Part shown: positions 1 to 5,264 of the stretch, in pieces
How positions within the stretch are numbered: the stretch's first letter is position 1
Layout of the letters: each line of letters begins with the position of its first letter
DNA from: Cyanobacteriota bacterium
Lineage (GTDB): Bacteria; Cyanobacteriota; Cyanobacteriia; Cyanobacteriales; Geitlerinemataceae
Assembly: GCA_034189805.1 (NCBI GenBank)
Contig: JAXHUC010000042.1
Coordinates: 8,726-22,010 of the forward strand
Length of the DNA: 13,285 nt
Reading direction: 5' to 3'
The notes under the pieces: generated by a model
Database searches by the model: none
What the model was told of the DNA's origin: nothing
Seen by the model: only the letters and a program-made list of their open reading frames with translations
Translations under genes and position numbers: made by a program

Positions 1-2
1 CC

Positions 3-350
3 CGGTATCGGTTAACATTGGCTGGGGATGCCGCATCGGACGCGCCGACAGAGGCGCAAATCCGCACTTGGATCGCTTCGATTCTCGATTGCAGTTCGAT
101 CGAAGTCGAACACACCACCAAGTCCGGGAAAAAGAAGCGGGTCAATCTGCGCGATCGCCTGTTCGAGCTGGAATTAGAGGAATTGGGTGAGGAAAGTTTC
201 CGCCTGGGATTTGTGGGCAGTTGTCGCAACGATGGGAATTTGTTGCGTCCGGCGCAAGTGGTTTACATGCTCGAGGAAGCCAGCAAGCGGGTGTTTTCAC
301 TGCTAAAGGTGCATCGAGAAGCGCTAATTCTGCAAGCCGATCTCGATTGA
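3..350 (+). CDS. 3' end of a gene that starts upstream of the window; tentatively a DUF2344/TIGR03936-type radical-SAM-linked protein
   Basis: The frame is open from the window edge (codons from nt 3: CGG TAT CGG TTA ACA TTG...) to TGA at 348-350. The track ORF simply begins at an internal TTG (18). The C-terminal sequence (...EVEHTTKSGKKKRVNLRDRLFELELEE...GSCRNDGNLLRPAQVVYMLEEA...) resembles, from memory, the C-terminal module of DUF2344 proteins, a family often encoded next to rne/rng. I cannot verify the family call here. Confidence 0.5.
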   Translation, partial: RYRLTLAGDAASDAPTEAQIRTWIASILDCSSIEVEHTTKSGKKKRVNLRDRLFELELEELGEESFRLGFVGSCRNDGNLLRPAQVVYMLEEASKRVFSLLKVHREALILQADLD

Positions 351-962
351 GAAAAAAGTTACCATCTAAATTGCAGATAACTCCCGCAAACGTGCTATGG
401 TAATAGTCAAAGTATTAACTCGCACACAGGCTAGTTAACACCAGACTTGACGACAACCTAATGTCTGCTTCAGAGTGCGAAGTCCCCTAAAGACGTTTCC
501 GGTACGGAGTCTGGGTCGAGCGCGAAAGTTCCGTATTGGAGACAAACGATCGGGGTCTCCTCTGGACGGACAAGGGCGGTACTTTTCTGTATTTACGCGC
601 CACTGTAGCGATCGAATGCAGAGTCGTTTTTTTAGATTAGAGGTTCACGAGTTAGCGATCCGATTTCCCTGTAGTGTTGCCCGCAGCACGAGTTAACCCC
701 AGATCCGAAATCTCGAAATCGAGTATTGAGGTGGGACTGGGAGACGAGCGAACCCTTCAACCCACGGGTGCGATTCCGACTGCGCTGCAATGCAACAACC
801 TATTTGAAGAGAAGATCGCCCCATCTTGGATTGCCCATCTTGGATTGACTGTCTCGATGCGATCGACAAAATTTTCGCCTATGTAGAGATTGACCCATTG
901 CTATGTGCCGGAGACGCACGCACCGCAGTGTCTCTCGCAAGATCGAGTTTTGAGGAAATTGA
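351..962 (+). promoter_or_regulatory. Long non-coding leader / 5' UTR region of rne
   Basis: A 612-nt gap with only short, compositionally odd ORFs. It contains stem-loops GGAGAC-N11-GTCTCC (538-560), TACGGA...TCCGTA (503-535) and GAGAC...GTCTC (911-934). It also has a T7 run (627-633), a perfect 14-nt tandem duplication (820-847) and the SD-like GAGGA (952-956) 6 nt before the ATG at 963. Cyanobacterial rne genes are known to have long autoregulatory 5' UTRs. Confidence 0.5.
371..401 (+). promoter_or_regulatory. Candidate rne promoter: -35 TTGCAG (371-376) and extended -10 TGcTATGGT (393-401)
   Basis: Hexamer matching by eye, with 19-nt spacing. This would give a leader of roughly 550 nt. 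No experimental support. Confidence 0.3.
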
Positions 963-2987
963 ATGCCCAAACAAATTATTATCGCAGAGCAGCATCGTAT
1001 CGCTGCGGTTTTTAGTGAAGATCAAATACAAGAGTTAGTCGTCGCCACCGGGTCTCACCAAGTCAGCGACATCTATCTGGGAGTGGTAGAAAACGTACTG
1101 CCCGGTATCGATGCGGCGTTTGTGAACATCGGCGATACCGAACGCAACGGATTCATGCACGTTACGGATTTAGGTCCGTTGCGCTTGAAGCGCTCGGCCG
1201 GTGCGATTACCGAACTCGTCGCCCCCCAACAAAAAGTGTTGGTGCAGGTGATGAAAGAACCCACCGGAACCAAAGGCCCTCGCCTGACGGGAAACGTGAC
1301 CCTTCCCGGCCGCTATCTGGTGTTGATGCCCTTCGGCAAAGGAGTTCACCTCTCCCGCCGCATTCTCCGAGAAGCAGAACGCAACCGACTGCGGGCGTTA
1401 GCCATTTTGGTCAAACCCGCCGGAATGGGATTGCTCGTGCGCACCGAAGCCGAGGGAGTGAGTGAAGATGCCATCATCGAAGACTTAGAATTTCTCCAGC
1501 GACGGTGGGAAAACATCCAAGAAGAAGCCAGTACCACTCGCGCCCCGGCGTTGCTCAACCGAGACGACGACTTCATCCAGCGGGTGCTACGGGATATGTA
1601 CACCACCGATGTCAACCGGATCGTCGCCGATTCCCATCGCGGGGTCAAACGAGTCAAACAACATCTGATTAACTGGAGTGGTGGCAAGAGTCCTCAAGGG
1701 GTGTCCATCGACCACCACAACGAGTCCCAAGCGATTTTAGACTACTTCCGGGTGAACGCGGCGATTCGAGAGGCTCTCAAACCCAGAGTCGATCTGCCTT
1801 CTGGGGGTTACGTGATTATCGAACCCACCGAAGCTTTAACCGTTATCGATGTCAACTCCGGATCGTTTACCCGATCGGCCACCGCCCGCGAAACCGTGTT
1901 GTGGACCAACTGCGAAGCGGCCACGGAAATCGCCCGCCAACTGCGGCTGCGCAATATTGCCGGCGTGATTATCGTAGACTTTATCGATATGGATTCCCGG
2001 CGCGACCAGCTTCAGGTGCTCGAACAATTCAACAAAGCCCTGCGCCAAGATAAAGCCCGACCGCAGATCGCCCAACTGTCGGAACTGGGTCTGGTGGAGT
2101 TGACCCGCAAGCGTCAGGGGCAAAATATTTACGAACTGTTCAGCCGTCCCTGTGCGGCTTGCAGCGGTTTGGGACATGTGGTCACCTTACCCGGCGATCC
2201 CGAATTCGATGCCGATGCCCAACATGCGGTAGAAGTGCGCAGCGTCGAACCGAGAACCCGCTTGCCCCTACCCGAACCGGTGAAAGAGAATCTAGAAGAG
2301 GCTGCCGAACTCGAGTCCTCGAACGATTTGCAAGAACTCGACTTAATCAACCATCCCAGCTATCAAGAACTCGGCGATGGGGGAGGCAATCGTCGCCGCC
2401 GCCGCCGTCGGATGGTCGTTCCCGAACCCGAGATCTCCAGTCGAGCCACCCCCTCCGATCCGATTCCCAAACCGACGACAGCCGAACCCGACTTTTCCGG
2501 GTCTCCCGATCTCGATCGCCGCAAAGAGCGAACCAAACTCGTCTCCCGCGAAATTGGCAAAACCGAGAGCGAACCGCCGGAAAAGGTGACGATCGAAATG
2601 AGCCAAGAAGAGCAAGACGTATACGCTCTGATGGGAATTTCACCGCTGGTTCGCCTCAATCGCACCCTGAAAAATCCTCGCAACGCGATCGTCTCGATCG
2701 TCGTTCCTGGAGAGAGCGCTAACGGCGAAACCCGCCACGAGGCGGCCCCGGACAACTCGGAAGAACCCCCGACGGCAACTGAAGAGCTGCCAGCGGACAC
2801 CGAAGAACCGATCGCCGAAACGGTTGAAATGCCCCGCGCCGTCGAATCCGAAGACGATCGAGAACAGATGACCCTGCCCTTAGTCAAATCCGTCGAAAGC
2901 GAACCGGAGGAAGAAGAACCCGCCCTAGAAGTGGCCAGCGCGAGTCCCAATCGCCGCCGCCGCCGCCGTTCCTCTGCCAGTGCCTGA
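963..2987 (+). CDS. rne: Ribonuclease E (cyanobacterial short form, 674 aa)
   Basis: N-terminal S1 domain (DIYLGVVENVLPGIDAAFVNIGDTERNGFMHVTDL). Catalytic motifs VIDVNSG (Asp codon 1848-1850) and IIVDFIDM (Asp codon 1977-1979). Zn-link CAACSGLG (2151-2174). The C-terminal half is disordered and acidic with Arg-rich boxes: GGGNRRRRRRRM, and a terminal NRRRRRRSSASA that matches the conserved cyanobacterial RRRRRRSSA nonapeptide. SD GAGGA lies upstream. Confidence 0.95.
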   Translation: MPKQIIIAEQHRIAAVFSEDQIQELVVATGSHQVSDIYLGVVENVLPGIDAAFVNIGDTERNGFMHVTDLGPLRLKRSAGAITELVAPQQKVLVQVMKEPTGTKGPRLTGNVTLPGRYLVLMPFGKGVHLSRRILREAERNRLRALAILVKPAGMGLLVRTEAEGVSEDAIIEDLEFLQRRWENIQEEASTTRAPALLNRDDDFIQRVLRDMYTTDVNRIVADSHRGVKRVKQHLINWSGGKSPQGVSIDHHNESQAILDYFRVNAAIREALKPRVDLPSGGYVIIEPTEALTVIDVNSGSFTRSATARETVLWTNCEAATEIARQLRLRNIAGVIIVDFIDMDSRRDQLQVLEQFNKALRQDKARPQIAQLSELGLVELTRKRQGQNIYELFSRPCAACSGLGHVVTLPGDPEFDADAQHAVEVRSVEPRTRLPLPEPVKENLEEAAELESSNDLQELDLINHPSYQELGDGGGNRRRRRRRMVVPEPEISSRATPSDPIPKPTTAEPDFSGSPDLDRRKERTKLVSREIGKTESEPPEKVTIEMSQEEQDVYALMGISPLVRLNRTLKNPRNAIVSIVVPGESANGETRHEAAPDNSEEPPTATEELPADTEEPIAETVEMPRAVESEDDREQMTLPLVKSVESEPEEEEPALEVASASPNRRRRRRSSASA

Positions 2988-3622
2988 TGGCTGCGATCGC
3001 CAAAAACCAAGCTGGGGAGGAGAACGATCGCTGGCGCGTTTTTCCTCCCGAGTGCGGTGTAGTTGCCGGGGTGGATGAAGTCGGACGCGGGGCGCTATTC
3101 GGTCCGGTGGTTGCCGCTGCTGTCGTCCTTTCCGCCGAGGCTCGAGAAGCACTGATGGTATTGGGCGTTCGAGATAGCAAAAAACTCAGTGCCCAGCGGC
3201 GGGAGAGCTTATCAAGTCAGATTCGGGATTTAGCGTGCGACTGTCAAGTGGGTGTTGCGACAGTCGCCGAAATCGATCGACTCAATATCTTACAAGCAAC
3301 GCTATTGGCAATGCGACGGGCGATCGAGCAGTTGAATCCCCCACCCGAATATTGCGCGATCGATGGCAATCGACCCGTGCCGAATTTATCCATCCCCCAA
3401 GAAACGATCGTCGGTGGCGATCGAACTTCGATCGAAATTGCCGCAGCCAGCATTGTTGCCAAAGTCTGGCGAGATAACTGGGTGGTGGCGGTTGCAGCCG
3501 AGTATCCCGAATACGATTTAGCTCGGAATAAGGGATATGGGACGGTTCGCCATCGAGAGGCTTTGCAACGTTACGGTGCGACTCGAGAACATCGGCAATC
3601 GTTTGCGCCTTGTCGGGTTTAG
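2987..3622 (+). CDS. rnhB: Ribonuclease HII
   Basis: VAGVDEVGRGALFGPVVAAAV carries the DEVGRG catalytic motif. Also present are ...IDGN...GGD..S..IAAASIVAKV..D and KGYG. The ATG overlaps the rne stop (TGATG, 2985-2989), which indicates translational coupling. The rne-rnhB operon arrangement is typical of cyanobacteria. Confidence 0.93.
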   Translation: MAAIAKNQAGEENDRWRVFPPECGVVAGVDEVGRGALFGPVVAAAVVLSAEAREALMVLGVRDSKKLSAQRRESLSSQIRDLACDCQVGVATVAEIDRLNILQATLLAMRRAIEQLNPPPEYCAIDGNRPVPNLSIPQETIVGGDRTSIEIAAASIVAKVWRDNWVVAVAAEYPEYDLARNKGYGTVRHREALQRYGATREHRQSFAPCRV

Positions 3623-3634
3623 GAATGGAGAGAT

Positions 3635-3681
3635 GGGGGAGAGTGAATGCAAAATTAAAAATTAAAAATGCAAAATTCTCC
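3635..3681. repeat. A-rich intergenic element, copy 1: GGGGGAGAGTGA-ATGCAAAATT-(AAAAATT)AAAA-ATGCAAAATT-CTCC
   Basis: Near-identical to 8071-8125 and partly to 9812-9843. It is followed by TCACCTCCC (3683-3691), the reverse complement of the GGGAGGTGA nonamer found at 8046-8072. That could pair with GGGAG(A)GTGA (3637-3646) to close a long-loop hairpin, and T-rich sequence follows. It lies between the convergent rnhB and the Rpn-like gene. Confidence 0.8.
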
Positions 3682-3725
3682 TTCACCTCCCTCATTTCTT
3701 TCTCAAATATCTATTCTTTGAATTC

Positions 3726-5009
3726 TCAACTCTCACTCGGATTTAAATTATTCTGACTGTTTCGATCTTCAGTTAACCAATCCATTAATCGATCGGAATT
3801 TTCAAATTCAAACATAGCCTTTCCAAGTTGTTCGAGCTGGTCGATCGGTAAGTTTTGAATTTGCTCTTCAATCGGAACCTCCAAACGACCGAATCGATGT
3901 TCGATTTGACCGATGAGTAACCGTTCCAATCCCTGACGAAAGCCCGTTTGAAATAGCCATTTTTCTAGATCGGCATCATTTTCAAAATCTAATAAGGCTT
4001 CGCTGAGTCCTTCAAGTTGTTCTAAAGATAAGTCACGAACTTGCTTTTCTAAGTTAGGACTGATGCTACCAAAACGATGCTTGAGCTGTCGCAAAACCGT
4101 GACGACAATTCCCAAGCCGATGCCCTGTTCGATGCCTTGTTCGATGCCTTGCTGAATGCCTTGAGCGATGCCCTGTTCGATGCCTTTTTCCATCCAACTC
4201 GTGACGATATCCATAATTCCTCTCCGTTCTTGTAATTGAAGTCGATCGAGTTCCGATTCAAAAATTTGTTCTTCAACTAAATTTAAAGGTAAATACGTAT
4301 CGATCAGTTTAGAAATAAGCTGCGATCGCTCGAACTTTAATCCTAAAGAAGCCAACAATCGCAAACATTCCACCTTAACCCTCGGACGCTCCTCCAGTTT
4401 CATTTGCATTTTTCCCATGAATGCCGCAGCAACGGGATTGGGCTGTTGGCGAAATTCTTGCCAATGCAATCGCGGTAAAGAAATCGAGACGAAGCTGAAT
4501 TCTAATACCTGGCGATCGGGAAACTTCACGCGATATCCATTGGTTTCTGAGGGGCGATCGCCCTCCTCTAAAAAGACGACAATCGGGTAAATGGGAATTC
4601 CATACCGGCGATCGAGTTCGACGACATCGTGAAACATCCGCCTGGCTAACCCCGTTCGATCGCTCAGATGATGTTCGACGCGAATGAAAAAGCAAGTCTG
4701 GCGATCTCGCAATCGCACTCGTGCCAGAAAATCCGTCTCATCCAATCGAGCGGCGACAGTACGACCGAACTCCTCGGGTTCCACAAAGGCGATCGACTCA
4801 CGATCGACTTCCCCCACTAAATGGGGTAAAAATAAAGCGATAAAGTCCCAGAAAAAGATAGATAGTAACTCATTGAGTAGGCGATCGCGTCCCTGACGTT
4901 GATTCAATCGATCTCTCCTTAGATGTAGACGATCCTCAAGGTAATTTTGCATGGGTCGGACATCCGGGCCAAACGCTCTCAACCTCGGGTTTTCCAAACC
5001 AACATTCAA
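3726..5009 (-). CDS. Rpn/YhgA-like PD-(D/E)XK (putative transposase-like nuclease) N-terminal region fused to two tandem DUF4351 modules
   Basis: The N-terminal half has the ...DFLARV...FFIRVEHH...RRMFHDVVELDRRYGIPIYPIVVFL pattern typical of cyanobacterial Rpn-family proteins. A (QGIE)n linker follows. Then come two homologous ~48-aa modules: VLRQLKHRFG...LSLEQLEGLSEALLDFENDADLEKWL (3954-4097) and LIGQIEHRFG...LPIDQLEQLGKAMFEFENSDRLMDWL (3774-3917), which match the DUF4351 signature. The start is uncertain: ATG 5009 or the in-frame ATG at 4952, with no clear SD at either. Confidence 0.7.
   Translation of the reverse strand: MNVGLENPRLRAFGPDVRPMQNYLEDRLHLRRDRLNQRQGRDRLLNELLSIFFWDFIALFLPHLVGEVDRESIAFVEPEEFGRTVAARLDETDFLARVRLRDRQTCFFIRVEHHLSDRTGLARRMFHDVVELDRRYGIPIYPIVVFLEEGDRPSETNGYRVKFPDRQVLEFSFVSISLPRLHWQEFRQQPNPVAAAFMGKMQMKLEERPRVKVECLRLLASLGLKFERSQLISKLIDTYLPLNLVEEQIFESELDRLQLQERRGIMDIVTSWMEKGIEQGIAQGIQQGIEQGIEQGIGLGIVVTVLRQLKHRFGSISPNLEKQVRDLSLEQLEGLSEALLDFENDADLEKWLFQTGFRQGLERLLIGQIEHRFGRLEVPIEEQIQNLPIDQLEQLGKAMFEFENSDRLMDWLTEDRNSQNNLNPSES
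4119..4190. repeat. In-frame 12-bp tandem repeat (6 units, GATGCCYTGYTC-like) encoding (E/Q)QGI repeats within the Rpn-like CDS
   Basis: Read directly: gatgccctgttc gatgccttgttc gatgccttgctg aatgccttgagc gatgccctgttc gatgcctttttc. On the - strand this encodes EKGIEQGIAQGIQQGIEQGIEQGI. Confidence 0.85.
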
Positions 5010-5021
5010 GCATAACCTAGA

Positions 5022-5148
5022 TGGGGATGTTCGGGGAGAGGGGGAGATGGGAGGACGCGGAGACGCGGAGAGGGGGGAAACGGAGGCAGGGGGAGAAACG
5101 GGAGAAACGGAGGCAGGGGGGGAAACGGGAGAAACGGGAGAATTGAGA
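5022..5148. repeat. Purine/G-rich tandem repeat tract in a divergent intergenic region
   Basis: The + strand is almost all G/A. It holds G-runs at 5023-5026, 5033-5036, 5040-5044 and 5049-5051. GGAGACGC-type octamers (approx 5052-5070) share GACGCGGAGAGGGGG with 8035-8049. Two 27-nt units, GAAACGGAGGCAGGGGG(A/G)GAAACGGGA (5077-5103 and 5104-5130), differ at 1 nt, and a partial third unit follows. Confidence 0.85.
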
Positions 5149-5218
5149 TATCGTTGAAAAACTCAGTGTTCGTTGCCTCTCAAGCCCCCGAAGCCTCTCC
5201 AGCTTCCCCATAATGGGT

Positions 5219-5264
5219 TTGATACACTACCAGAAAGAGTGTCTTGGGGTAACAATCAATAGGA
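5219..5264 (+). promoter_or_regulatory. Candidate extended -10 promoter (TGaTACACT, 5220-5228) and short leader of the CHAT gene
   Basis: TTGATACACTA (5219-5229) and AATCAAT (5254-5260) recur in the same order and spacing upstream of the methyltransferase gene (8828-8838, 8864-8870). TGnTAnAnT fits the extended -10 pattern. The predicted leader is about 30 nt. Confidence 0.4.

Noticed and set aside
475-1038. Track ORFs in the rne leader (475-696, 674-886, 826-1038)
   Set aside because: No SD and no recognisable motifs. The last one overlaps the well-supported rne start. The region is better explained as a structured 5' UTR.
2129-3180. Several long ORFs overlapping the rne 3' half on both strands (e.g. 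2159-2722 +, 2363-3010 -, 2884-3180 -)
   Set aside because: Their products are Arg/Ser/Gly-rich and low in complexity. They arise from GC-rich, stop-poor alternative frames of the rne tail, and the rne frame carries recognisable motifs.
3622-3725. Canonical rho-independent terminator for rnhB
   Set aside because: The only hairpin (GGGAG(A)GTGA / TCACCTCCC) has a ~36-nt loop. T-rich sequence follows, but the structure is too weak to call a terminator with confidence.
4952-5009. Alternative shorter start (ATG at 4952) for the Rpn-like gene
   Set aside because: Not rejected outright. Neither ATG has an SD, so I report the longest ORF and flag the uncertainty.
4951-5211. ORFs 4951-5157 (+) and 5017-5211 (-) giving GETGETEAGGE / RFSRFSPCLRF repeat peptides
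   Set aside because: They are translations of the purine-rich tandem repeat tract and have no start context.
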